Source: an uncultured bacterium (lineage in GTDB: Bacteria > JAGOEH01). From it: 64,000 nt of DNA. Below are positions 28,710-38,624 of the stretch, in pieces. The stretch lies in assembly GCA_964632485.1 (NCBI GenBank), contig CAZWDO010000013.1, positions 1 to 64,000 of the forward strand. Direction: 5' to 3'. Below the pieces are notes generated by a model. That model ran no database searches. It saw nothing but the letters and a program-made list of their open reading frames with translations, and was not told the DNA's origin. Position 1 is the first letter of the stretch; every line of letters starts with the position of its first letter. Position numbers and translations under genes: made by a program.

Positions 28710-31700
28710 CTATCTATCTTCATCATTCAATATTTTCTCGGTTATTGAAACATGATCGGCCATGAGGAAATAGAAATATTGGATGGGTAAGGCAATCATG
28801 CGGCTATCGGAGAGGGCTTTGAAATCTCCTTCTAAAAATTTAGCTTGTGAAAAGAAAACTTCTCCTAAACAGCTATAGGGCTGGAATTTTTGGATAGATT
28901 TTCCTTGCAGGTAAAGTTCCAACTCTCCTTCGATTAGGATAAAAAAAGTGGTATGCCACTTTTTTTTATATTCGTAAAAAAACCCTTTTTGCAGTAAAAC
29001 CATCTGTCCATCCCAGCCGAGCTGGATGAGATCGGGTACCGGAACATTTTTAAAGATGGGAAGTTGGGACAAGTGAACTATTCGATCAAACGCCGGCATA
29101 TAATCGCGGCTGGGTGTTTGCAAGTGTTCTAAAAGCATTTTAAATTTATCGGATATTGCTTTGGGAAATCGATTAAGCTGGTTCCCCGCGCGGTCAGGAT
29201 CGATTGTAGCCAGAGAAATGAAAGCGCATTCAGATAGAAATTCATCGGAATGGTAGACCATAGCGGCTAAGCCCCCCAGAGCCTTTCGATCGTTAACTTT
29301 TCCTAAAATATTTAATGCCAATGCTTTAGTCCAATAATTAATTTCGGTAAAATCCTTGGCAACGATATCCAGCAGCCGCTCTACCAGGTTTTTTTTGGGC
29401 TGAGGAAAATTTGCATGATATTTATTCAATCGCTCCTTTAAAGTCAAATCATCAAATATAGGTATCACTAAGTCTTTAATCTCCTGGCTTATAATCATAT
29501 CGCAGATTTCAAGGGCATAGCCACGCGAATCGCTGGAGCCCTGCTCGACGTTTTCACGGATAATACTGATCGTTTGGGAATCATACAATAAAGATAAAAT
29601 TGAAAAAATTTGTTCCCGCTTATTATCCAATTCATATCCCAGAGCCGCTATTAGAGTTTTTGCTCCGGAAAAGTTCTGGATATCCAGTAAACTGGCGATA
29701 ATCCAGACCATAACGGCAATCGAATCTTCCAGGCTCTGCTTGATCAGCGATTGCTCAAGGGGAGTGGCTTTGTAATTCAGGTTTTTTAACGAATGGATTG
29801 CCTGGGCTCGGATTGTTTTATCCGGGTAAGCGAGCTTGTCGCGAATATAATGGATGCTTTGATCGCCGCCAATTCGTTCCCATAGTCTGATGACCCGAAT
29901 CTGAAATGATTTGTTCTTGGAAAATTTATTAAAGTAATGATCCAATTCGGGAATAATTGGGTCTTTGATGATCCGGATGACAGAAGCCGCTTCGTTGCTA
30001 TAATCAGGGATTGCCAGATTTTCAATGACCAGAGGCCATAGTTCCACCCGTTTTATTCGGCTAGCTCCAATCAATGCCGCTTCCCGTACATCGCTATCGC
30101 TGTCTAATAAGAGATTGATAAAAGGGCGAAACGCGTTATACCGCCCGGAATACCCCAACAAAATTGCGGCTCGCTTGCGTTCCTCGGCATCGGTGGATTC
30201 TGACATGATGATCAGGTCTTCTAACGGGATTTGAGATAATTCTCTCAGATAATCGATGATTTCGTTGATTTGTGGGGATTCTTCGTGAATTTTAATCTCC
30301 TTGCTCTCGATCATCGGTAGCAATATGACCAGATTTTTTTTCTGGATCCATTCCAATATTTCTGGAAAGTGGGTCAATCCTTTTTCTTTAAGATAAAAGA
30401 TCAATAAACTGTCGGAATAAGTTGGTGTAACTTGTTCAATGATTTTTAATAGAATAGATATTCGTTCTGGTTGAATATGAGTGATCCGTTCTCGTAATAG
30501 AGCGACGTTGTTTTTTATCAGGCTGGCAGGTCTGATTTCCTCCTGTTCCAGTTTCAGGACTTCACGAAGTTTATTTCGATACTCGCGATACATCCGCCCG
30601 GAAATATAGAACCAGAATAAAGCGATCATTAAAAAAATGGCGTTTATATGGAGCAATGATAAAAAGGGGAGTGAACTGAAGGTTAGTAATAACAGCCCGG
30701 CTAAAATATTGCCGGAGGATTTTGCGGCGCCTTCGGTTTTACTTTGCAAGAGCATCCGTTGATCAACGGGTACCGGTTGATAAAGAATTTGAAATGCCGG
30801 TTCGTAAATAGCGCTGCGAATAGAACGCATGGATAATTTTTCCAGAGCGATAAACGAAAAAACCATTCCTAAAGGGCCGTAGATCAAGCCGACCAGCCCA
30901 GCCAGCGCGGCGCTTCCGGCCAGAGTTGCGGGTAATAATGTCAATCCCAGGCGAATGCCATATTTGGTCAAAAGCTTTCCGGAGAGGAGGGTTTTAATAA
31001 TAAATTCAATAATTGCCATAAAACCAAGAAAAAAACCGAGGAAACTGGTGACCATTTCGGCGTTTTTAAATTCCAGTTTGGTTTGACCCAGAAAAAGATA
31101 ATCGGAAAAACTGATTCCCAGCATAGGCAAAATGGCTAATAAGAAAATCATCAGGTAATAGCGGTCATGAAAAAAGCCCTGAAATCGTCCCTGTTTTTGA
31201 GTCTGGTTTTTATCGTTTAAATTCCCAACCTCGCTGTTTAATGTTTCATGAAAATTGTTGATAATAATAATCAGGGTAATCAGGCAACCCAACAGTCCAA
31301 AAATGGCGAACCAAAGCAAATTTTTAGTAGCTATAAACGATAATAATAGGGGGATTGAGAAAAATCCGATAATATTCGATACCACTTCGCCTGAACTGAC
31401 CAATCCAAATAACCGTTTAGCCTGCCGCAGATTAAACAATTTCCCTGCTAATCCCCAAAATCCGATGGCTGTCAGGAAAAGCAGAATTTTGATCCAAAGA
31501 TAGAGGGAGAAAATGATCCATTTTTCCTGAAAAACGAAATAGACAAGTGATAAAAGGCTGATTGAGAGCAGAAGAAAACTCGAATTGATGAGCAAAAGGC
31601 GGGAAAACGAGAGAATCCGCTGCAATGATGAATAACCCCAGGCGATCAAGTAGCCAATAATACCGCTGGCGATGAGCGCATAGGGGAGCATCCGGGTTGG

Positions 31701-31850
31701 GAAAACAATAATGAAGAGAGCGGTGGCTGCTGTATAATAAAAAGCCCCGGCCAAACCCATAAAGAATGAAAAGATGAGCATTAAAATGATTGGCCGGACC
31801 TCAGTATCGCTGATATTAAGAAAATTCCGGATGAAGGCATTCAATTGCAT
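28710..31850 (-). CDS. Npt1/Npt2 (TLC-like) MFS domain + HEAT repeats + cNMP-binding domain
   Basis: ~12 TM with FNLRQAKRLFGL and LYQP motifs; HEAT units (DSDSDVREAA); C-terminal FFILIEGEL..LGE. Start set at MQLN (31850), just after the upstream stop. Confidence 0.85.
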   Translation of the reverse strand: MQLNAFIRNFLNISDTEVRPIILMLIFSFFMGLAGAFYYTAATALFIIVFPTRMLPYALIASGIIGYLIAWGYSSLQRILSFSRLLLINSSFLLLSISLLSLVYFVFQEKWIIFSLYLWIKILLFLTAIGFWGLAGKLFNLRQAKRLFGLVSSGEVVSNIIGFFSIPLLLSFIATKNLLWFAIFGLLGCLITLIIIINNFHETLNSEVGNLNDKNQTQKQGRFQGFFHDRYYLMIFLLAILPMLGISFSDYLFLGQTKLEFKNAEMVTSFLGFFLGFMAIIEFIIKTLLSGKLLTKYGIRLGLTLLPATLAGSAALAGLVGLIYGPLGMVFSFIALEKLSMRSIRSAIYEPAFQILYQPVPVDQRMLLQSKTEGAAKSSGNILAGLLLLTFSSLPFLSLLHINAIFLMIALFWFYISGRMYREYRNKLREVLKLEQEEIRPASLIKNNVALLRERITHIQPERISILLKIIEQVTPTYSDSLLIFYLKEKGLTHFPEILEWIQKKNLVILLPMIESKEIKIHEESPQINEIIDYLRELSQIPLEDLIIMSESTDAEERKRAAILLGYSGRYNAFRPFINLLLDSDSDVREAALIGASRIKRVELWPLVIENLAIPDYSNEAASVIRIIKDPIIPELDHYFNKFSKNKSFQIRVIRLWERIGGDQSIHYIRDKLAYPDKTIRAQAIHSLKNLNYKATPLEQSLIKQSLEDSIAVMVWIIASLLDIQNFSGAKTLIAALGYELDNKREQIFSILSLLYDSQTISIIRENVEQGSSDSRGYALEICDMIISQEIKDLVIPIFDDLTLKERLNKYHANFPQPKKNLVERLLDIVAKDFTEINYWTKALALNILGKVNDRKALGGLAAMVYHSDEFLSECAFISLATIDPDRAGNQLNRFPKAISDKFKMLLEHLQTPSRDYMPAFDRIVHLSQLPIFKNVPVPDLIQLGWDGQMVLLQKGFFYEYKKKWHTTFFILIEGELELYLQGKSIQKFQPYSCLGEVFFSQAKFLEGDFKALSDSRMIALPIQYFYFLMADHVSITEKILNDEDR

Positions 31851-31854
31851 GAAA

Positions 31855-32688
31855 TTAAACCTGTTCCACTGCCAACCATCTGTTGGCCATCGTAAAATAA
31901 TAATCTTCGGGGTCTTCTGGGGTTGAGCGCAAAATGCCAACCAGCGCAAATTCATCATTGCTTAGATTTATCTCTAAAATATCCGTTCTTGATACGGGGA
32001 TCAATTCAAAATCCAGACCTCGAGTATGGGTTTGTATAAAATGGGCGGTTTTTTCCTTGTCCACCCGGTTCTCAAGGAGTCCGCTTGGAGTGAGGGGCAA
32101 ACAAGCGGTAAAATTGGGTACCAGTCCATCGATATTGGCATAGAAATGATCACAAATCCAGCCGATGCGGTTTAATTGGATATAGAGTTGTTTGATGTTT
32201 TGGCAGTCGATCAGCGCGCGTTTAACCCGAGAGCCGCGTTTCATGGCTAAAAGGCAGCCGTATTGGCTTAGCAATATTCCGATATTGTTGCCGCTCAAGC
32301 CTGGATGCACTAAAAGCCTGACAGAATAGGAGGTGCGGTCCGGAGTGTCATAGCCGATCTCAAACAGGCATGCCTTGATCTGGTTTTGCGCGTCGCAAAT
32401 TAAAATTCCATTGCCAAATTTTGTCATGCGAAAGATGTCATAAACAGTTACCCAGGAGGATTTCGCCAGAGGATAGTGCTCATGAATAAATTGCTGGATC
32501 ATTTTAATATCTTCCACGAACGCCTTTCGAATCACTAACTGAAACTTTTCCAGAGTTCGGTCAATATAATCGATATAGGATTGAATAAACAGATCGCGCG
32601 GCTGCTTAAGCCATTCCTGTTCCATTGTTGTTAACGCTACCGTTATGGCTTTGGGCTTAATATAATTGACTACCATTATCCCATTCAC
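31855..32688 (-). CDS. GNAT-fold-like hypothetical protein
   Basis: VIRKA...D and LLVHPGLSGNNIG..L resemble GNAT motif A. Confidence 0.6.
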   Translation of the reverse strand: MNGIMVVNYIKPKAITVALTTMEQEWLKQPRDLFIQSYIDYIDRTLEKFQLVIRKAFVEDIKMIQQFIHEHYPLAKSSWVTVYDIFRMTKFGNGILICDAQNQIKACLFEIGYDTPDRTSYSVRLLVHPGLSGNNIGILLSQYGCLLAMKRGSRVKRALIDCQNIKQLYIQLNRIGWICDHFYANIDGLVPNFTACLPLTPSGLLENRVDKEKTAHFIQTHTRGLDFELIPVSRTDILEINLSNDEFALVGILRSTPEDPEDYYFTMANRWLAVEQV

Positions 32689-32701
32689 ACTTTCTAAGTT
32701 T

Positions 32702-35350
32702 TTAATTAAATTGATACATGAGTCGTATAATAAAATTACGGTCCTTTTGAGGGGTTCGATAGGCGTAGGAATTGCCGTCGGCTGAGCGAATCCCCGGGTC
32801 AGAATATTCTTTATTGGTGAGGTTGTTGCCGATGAATTGCAAAGTGAATCCCGGGAAAATATTATCGTAGGCGATAGTACCGTTCAGTAAAAATACACCC
32901 GGGAAATTGCCGGGATTGGCGCTGACGGAGGTTTCCGGGCCTACGGGCCGATCGGAATAATAATTCATTCTGAGATGGGTGAGAAGATGTTCCCAAAAAG
33001 TATATTGGACACCGCAATTGATCCGGTGGCTGGAAATATCGCCGATGCGTTGGTATTCTCCGGTTAAATTGCCGTTTTTGTCGAGGATGTTGTTTTGGGG
33101 ATTTGAATAGTTATAATTAGCGTAAAATTGCAGCTTGTCAAATTTCAAAGTCATTGCCGATTCAAGCCCCGAAATTTTCAGCGCTCCAATAGCGCGATTC
33201 TGGCCGGTTGTCCCGCCCTGGTAAGAAACGATGGCCGTTCCGACCACTCCTTCAGGATTTGCATAAGAATACCCGATGCGGCATATCAGTCGGTTACTGA
33301 TCTGATAGGCGATGGAGGCTTCGTAGTTATTGACTTTTTCCGGTGGCAACGTTGGGTTGCTTAGCCGACGCTGGGGAGTAATGGCATATTTAGTCCAGTT
33401 GGAGGCATTTTGGAAAGCGCGGGCATAGATCATTTTAATGATGAAACGGTTCGGGGTGAAGACCATCGCAAAGCGGGGATTTAACTGGGTGCCGTAGCCC
33501 CCGGAGACGCGGATACGGTTATAATCGTAACGGGCGCCAAGGGTAATTTTCCACCAGGGGAAGAGCCGGTAAGTGCCCTGTCCATATCCACCGATATCGT
33601 AAATCGTAAAATCGTTCGCGCCGGGAATCGTATCTCCCGAACTGCTTCCCTGTTCGATAACGCTCAACGTATCGGAATATATTTTGCGGTAATCGCCCTG
33701 GATGGAACTGTTACGGACTTCCAGCCCGGCGATCACGTCCAGCTTGGGAATGGGGTTGAAAGTGATTTTAAATTCGTTGCGGAACTGCCGGGATATCTGG
33801 TACGAATAGTAGGTATCCCATGACCCGGGGATATCTTTAATCAGGCTATCCAGGTTCAACCCTTTATTGGAATAGTTTTTAAGCACGACAGACCCTGTTT
33901 TTTCGCCAAGTTGGATGACGCGGTACTGAGCGAAATTATTCACTGAGAGGTTTTCGCTGATGACTTTATCATATTTAGCGTAAAAAAAATCTTGAATAGG
34001 GATCCATAAAGCGGCATTATCCGCCGCTGCCCGGCGGTTGTCAGGGAAATAATTGGTTGAACCGTTTTCTTCCCACCAGCTTTCGTAACCGATCACCAGA
34101 TCGCTCAGGCGAAGTTTTCCATAATAATATAGCGCATCCAGGCGGTTAGAATAGCGAATCGGCGCTCCGTTCAATTCGCCCTCAAACGCTTGTTTGTCGT
34201 AGGTTCGCGCGATCTCGACTCCGGTTTGGGTCAGACTGATACCCACCGTATCGCCCTGAGTGTTTCGTTCAATGGTATAGTACGGGTGGTTATCCACTAA
34301 ATGATGAGTCCGCGCATAGGTATTCGCCTGGCTGGTTACATTCAGAAGCGCTGCATAATCTATTGAATTGTAGTCGTCCGGATCATAATTGAATTCTTCA
34401 TATTTGGAGAGGTCCATTAAATCGGAATAGAATTTCCGCACAGTTCCGGTAAAGGCCAGGCTTTTGTATTTAGCTGCAATGGTTATGTCGCTGTAGCGCG
34501 TGTCGTAACTTCCATAGCCAAAATTGGCATTTACCCCGACACTGTGATTTCGCGCGATTTCTTCCGGTTCCTTGGTGATGACATTGACTACACCAACCAG
34601 GGCATTCGGACCGTACATTGTGGACGCCGGTCCGTAAACCACTTCAACTCGTTTGACATTTGATATGGGGAACTGTGGCGACCAGAAAATGCCATTGCTC
34701 CAAAAATCATTTTCCTCAACTCCATCCATCAGAAACAGAGTGCGTTCGGTGTTGTTGGAGCGATATCCTCGCTGATAAATATTTGAATAGGTGACCCCAT
34801 AGGTTCGTGAGACATCAAAACCGGGCAAATCGCTGAACAATGCTTCCAGATCAATATATCCACGGGCTTTGATATCCTCTTCGTTGATGATGGTGACGGT
34901 TGCCGGGGCCTCGTAGATATTTTCCGCCTTTTTAGACACTGACGTGATCATGGTTGCGCTGCCGCTTTGTTTGAGTTTATCGATCAGTTGAATATAGCGC
35001 GGCGGATCGAATACGTTTGGCTCATAATTCGGATTGAGCAACAGGAGGCGGACGGCATATTGCTGAGCGGTAACCACCGAATCCAGCGCCTGATAGGTCA
35101 GAATCAACAACCGATATCCCTGCTCCCGTTGTTTGTCCTGGAATCCAGTTTCCACACAGGGTTCCAGTAACTGGATGACCATTTCAAAATTGCCGGTCTG
35201 GTATTCCTTTAAGGCTTCTGTTAACTGTAGTTCTGAGCATTCCTGGGCATAAACGTTACCAGCGAAGAATAAAAAGATTATCATTGCAACAACAAGGGGG
35301 AAAATAACGGCAATAAAACGGTTATGGTAACTGGGGCAGTGTTTTTTCAT
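32702..35350 (-). CDS. TonB-dependent receptor with N-terminal TPR-like domain
   Basis: TSVSKK.E....PA plug start, RVEVVYGPASTMYG.NA..GVVNVITK, NNLTN..Y, terminal YQFN. Confidence 0.92.
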   Translation of the reverse strand: MKKHCPSYHNRFIAVIFPLVVAMIIFLFFAGNVYAQECSELQLTEALKEYQTGNFEMVIQLLEPCVETGFQDKQREQGYRLLILTYQALDSVVTAQQYAVRLLLLNPNYEPNVFDPPRYIQLIDKLKQSGSATMITSVSKKAENIYEAPATVTIINEEDIKARGYIDLEALFSDLPGFDVSRTYGVTYSNIYQRGYRSNNTERTLFLMDGVEENDFWSNGIFWSPQFPISNVKRVEVVYGPASTMYGPNALVGVVNVITKEPEEIARNHSVGVNANFGYGSYDTRYSDITIAAKYKSLAFTGTVRKFYSDLMDLSKYEEFNYDPDDYNSIDYAALLNVTSQANTYARTHHLVDNHPYYTIERNTQGDTVGISLTQTGVEIARTYDKQAFEGELNGAPIRYSNRLDALYYYGKLRLSDLVIGYESWWEENGSTNYFPDNRRAAADNAALWIPIQDFFYAKYDKVISENLSVNNFAQYRVIQLGEKTGSVVLKNYSNKGLNLDSLIKDIPGSWDTYYSYQISRQFRNEFKITFNPIPKLDVIAGLEVRNSSIQGDYRKIYSDTLSVIEQGSSSGDTIPGANDFTIYDIGGYGQGTYRLFPWWKITLGARYDYNRIRVSGGYGTQLNPRFAMVFTPNRFIIKMIYARAFQNASNWTKYAITPQRRLSNPTLPPEKVNNYEASIAYQISNRLICRIGYSYANPEGVVGTAIVSYQGGTTGQNRAIGALKISGLESAMTLKFDKLQFYANYNYSNPQNNILDKNGNLTGEYQRIGDISSHRINCGVQYTFWEHLLTHLRMNYYSDRPVGPETSVSANPGNFPGVFLLNGTIAYDNIFPGFTLQFIGNNLTNKEYSDPGIRSADGNSYAYRTPQKDRNFIIRLMYQFN

Positions 35351-38300
35351 AGGGAACATCCTTACTAATGTACTTATTCCACTCTTCATTGGTTAAATTG
35401 CGGGAAACTTTTTGCTGAATGAGGGGAACGATTTCTGCGCTGGCGGCCGGCCAACGCCGTATGGTCCGATCAGCGGATACTGATAGAAAATAGCGTTGAT
35501 CCGGTGTGAATTCGGTATCATAAACCCATCCATCATGCTCTTTGATCTGAATGGGAGGTTCTTCCGGATTTTTATAGTTCCAAATTCGCAGGGATTGATC
35601 GTTTGATGCGGACAACAGGATATCCTTGTTGGATGAAAAGCGTAAGGCATTGACCGTAGAGAGGTGTCCCATCAGTGGGATAGCTTTGGTATTGCTACTC
35701 TGCCGGTCGAAGAGATAAATAGCGCCCCGGTTGTCGCTAACGGCCAGATAGCGATTGTCGGACGAAATATCGATGGCCATGATCGGTTTTTTTTGGGTAT
35801 CTTGCCAAAAAACAGTTGCCTGGCGGGTATCGGAAATCAGTTTAAATAGGTTTCCATCGGCGCTACCGGCCAGAAAGGCATTCTCATCGCGTAACTCTGT
35901 CAATGAATAAATTCGTTGTGATTGTTGCAGAAGGATCTGTTTCGTTGATTGCTTTGTCGGATTATTCCATAAAAGGACGAGTCCGTCATTTCCCGCGCTG
36001 AGGATCGAGCCTTTACGAGTAAATAGTATTTTATTAATAACCGATTGGTGTCCATTGAGTTGGATTGGGACTTCATTGGGAGCTTGCAGGTTCCAGATAT
36101 AAATTGTCCCGGAAGCTGATCCTGCGGCTAACCACTCTCCCTTCATATCAATATCCAGGCTACGAATTCCATCGGACGAATTTGACGCTTTTTTTAAAAT
36201 TCGGTCCTTTTGACCGGGATTTGACAGGCTCCATTGGCGGATAGACCCGTCATCACTGCCGGTAAAGAACCAGTTTCCATTGGAGTGGATCGCCAGTGAA
36301 CGAATGGCGTCCGTGTGTCCATAATAGACAGGGCGGTTTGGTTCCACAGCGGTTAAGGCCAGATAAATATCGGGTTGGTAGGGGGGGCCGGCATTGTTCA
36401 GATTAAACTGATAAGCTTGCAGTACCATCAAAGCCGCAATATCCCATTGATTGGTGGTTTGCATAACTTTGAGTGATTGGATGGCAATGGTGCGGGCAAC
36501 GGCTAAAAAGCGTAAACGCTGAGCTTTTTGTTCTGATTGCTCGGCTTTTACACGTTCTTTGTCGGCGATTTGCCGCTGAGAAACAGCATCTTTGCGTTGA
36601 TTTTCCGCTTCATCGCGGGCAGAAATTGCTTGCTTTTGCGATACCTCGGCCCGCTGCTTTTGAACCAGCGCTTCCTGACGCTGTGTTAAGGCGTATTGGC
36701 GCTGCTCTTCGGTAATAATTCGCTGTTGCTCGGCGATTTGCTGCTGTTGTTCCGATATCTTTTTCTGAAGAATCGCTTCTTTGCGCTGTTCAGCCGCTTT
36801 ACGACTTTCTGTGGACGCGATTTTCTCTTTTTCTAAGGCAATTTTTTCACTGCTTTCCGCTTTGTAGCGCAAATTGACGGAGATAATCAGAAATAGTAGT
36901 GAGATGATCGACGCAACTCCTAAAATTATGGCGAAACGGCGCGCCCATTGAAGTTGCCTTCTCTGTTGCTCCTCTTTGCGGGCAATTTGCAGTTCATATT
37001 CTTTTTTGCTATATTCCAGAAAATCGATAGCCCGTTCAAAAGCCGGATCATAACGCCGCGCCCATTCTTCATTTGGATGATAATCCTGAAACCAGCGTAA
37101 ACCCAGTTCCAGCTCAGGATTGACCCAAAGACCCGCTTTGCCCTGCTGATAGAGTTCGGCTGAACGTGAGAGCCGTACATAGAGTTGCGCGGATTGGGCT
37201 TCTTCTTCCACCCATTGTTTCAGACGAGTCCAAATCCGCATCAGACTTTCGTGCGAAATGTCGATCATCGTTTGCTCGCTCAAGGGAATTTTGTTGGGTG
37301 GCATGAGAAAGGCTCGACCTACTTCCCGAAACATATCGATAACGGTGATAATATCTTCTAATTGTCCGTTGGCCAGCGAGGTGATTTCCTTCAAACGGGT
37401 CGGGCGGCGGATTGGTTTTTTATCATCTCCCATTTCAGTCAGCGCTTTGAACATTTTTTCCGCATAAAATTTATGTTGGGGATTCGGCAAAGCCAAATAT
37501 ACTTCTTCTGCATGAAGCGATAGCGCCTCTTTAACCGTCCCGACCGCTTCGTAGTGGACAATATCTACCGATTGATTTTCGGAGTGATTGATTTTCCAAT
37601 AATCCCAGGTCCTCATCAACGCGTGCTGAAGTACCGGAAGTTGATCCGGATCATTTGATACATCCAGTAATAACCGTTGGACCAACTGTTCCGTAATTTC
37701 GCCTTCGCAAACCTTGATCGGACCCGTAATGGCTTTTCGCATTTCCTGCGACGTCATCCGGGGTACCAGGTAGTTGCCGTTGTTGATCATTTCGGGCAAA
37801 CCCGGGAAATCGGTGCATTGATCTAAAAAATCGGAACGCATTGTCAGCACGATAAAAATAGGAATCTCTTTTTGGCGCGCGGCATTTAAAAACAGAGTGA
37901 CGAACTGGTCCAGTATCTCTTTAGTATATTCGGGATTTTCAACCTGCTTGAAACGGAATATTTCCTCAAATTGGTCAATAATCACCAGTCGGGGACGCGG
38001 GATATCCGCATTCTGCTCCTTAATCAGGTCGATTAAACCATTTTCACCCAATCGGAGCCTTTCATTGTAAGCCGCTACCGTAATGGGATCATACCCCCCC
38101 ATCCGTTGCATATAGACGGCATCGGAAAAACTGAGCAAATTGAACATGTTGGTCAATTCCTCGCGTAAAGCCGTTTCCTCAGATTTTATAGAGTTGGATA
38201 TCATCTGCGTACTGCGGAATAAGGCTTCGCTAAGATTCCGATAGGGATCATCGCCGGGACGGAAAAGTGTTAATTGCCAGTTGCCGGGATAGCTCTCCAT

Positions 38301-38513
38301 CTTGCCATTGAATAAAGAAGGCACCAGACCGGCACGGACCAAAGAGGATTTTCCGCTTCCGGAAGCCCCTACAACCGCTATAAAGTGAGACTCATTGAGT
38401 TTTTCCACTAATTCCTGAATCTGTTTTTCCCGGCCAAAGAATAAATAGTCTTCCCCGGCCTCATAACTCCTGATTCCAGGGAAAGGGTTCAGATTATGAA
38501 TGATGTTTTCCAT
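35322..38513 (-). CDS. nSTAND1-type NTPase - TM - coiled coil - WD40 propeller
   Basis: NPFPG.RSY...FFGR, GASGSGKSS, IIDQFEE, TMRSDF, LPVLQHAL, ISHESL; TM FAIILGVASIISLLFLII; Q/E/R coiled coil; GH...W WD40 repeats. Confidence 0.93.
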   Translation of the reverse strand: MENIIHNLNPFPGIRSYEAGEDYLFFGREKQIQELVEKLNESHFIAVVGASGSGKSSLVRAGLVPSLFNGKMESYPGNWQLTLFRPGDDPYRNLSEALFRSTQMISNSIKSEETALREELTNMFNLLSFSDAVYMQRMGGYDPITVAAYNERLRLGENGLIDLIKEQNADIPRPRLVIIDQFEEIFRFKQVENPEYTKEILDQFVTLFLNAARQKEIPIFIVLTMRSDFLDQCTDFPGLPEMINNGNYLVPRMTSQEMRKAITGPIKVCEGEITEQLVQRLLLDVSNDPDQLPVLQHALMRTWDYWKINHSENQSVDIVHYEAVGTVKEALSLHAEEVYLALPNPQHKFYAEKMFKALTEMGDDKKPIRRPTRLKEITSLANGQLEDIITVIDMFREVGRAFLMPPNKIPLSEQTMIDISHESLMRIWTRLKQWVEEEAQSAQLYVRLSRSAELYQQGKAGLWVNPELELGLRWFQDYHPNEEWARRYDPAFERAIDFLEYSKKEYELQIARKEEQQRRQLQWARRFAIILGVASIISLLFLIISVNLRYKAESSEKIALEKEKIASTESRKAAEQRKEAILQKKISEQQQQIAEQQRIITEEQRQYALTQRQEALVQKQRAEVSQKQAISARDEAENQRKDAVSQRQIADKERVKAEQSEQKAQRLRFLAVARTIAIQSLKVMQTTNQWDIAALMVLQAYQFNLNNAGPPYQPDIYLALTAVEPNRPVYYGHTDAIRSLAIHSNGNWFFTGSDDGSIRQWSLSNPGQKDRILKKASNSSDGIRSLDIDMKGEWLAAGSASGTIYIWNLQAPNEVPIQLNGHQSVINKILFTRKGSILSAGNDGLVLLWNNPTKQSTKQILLQQSQRIYSLTELRDENAFLAGSADGNLFKLISDTRQATVFWQDTQKKPIMAIDISSDNRYLAVSDNRGAIYLFDRQSSNTKAIPLMGHLSTVNALRFSSNKDILLSASNDQSLRIWNYKNPEEPPIQIKEHDGWVYDTEFTPDQRYFLSVSADRTIRRWPAASAEIVPLIQQKVSRNLTNEEWNKYISKDVPYEKTLPQLP

Positions 38514-38585
38514 AAGCGTGAATCATTCCTTTACAGCCTGAGTGTTGAAGGCCAATACCGGGTAAAAATCCCGATTCTCTATTTG

Positions 38586-38614
38586 ATTATAACGCATCCG
38601 CATCCTTTTGTCAA
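38586..38614 (-). promoter_or_regulatory. Perfect-consensus sigma70 promoter for the nSTAND operon
   Basis: TTGACA-aaaggatgcggatgcgt (17 bp)-TATAAT, ~70 bp upstream of ATG 38513. Confidence 0.8.
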
Positions 38615-38624
38615 GAAAAAAAAA

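Noticed and set aside
31851-31958. N-terminal extension of the Npt1-HEAT gene
   Set aside because: It overlaps the upstream gene by about 100 nt; ATG 31850 directly after the stop fits better.
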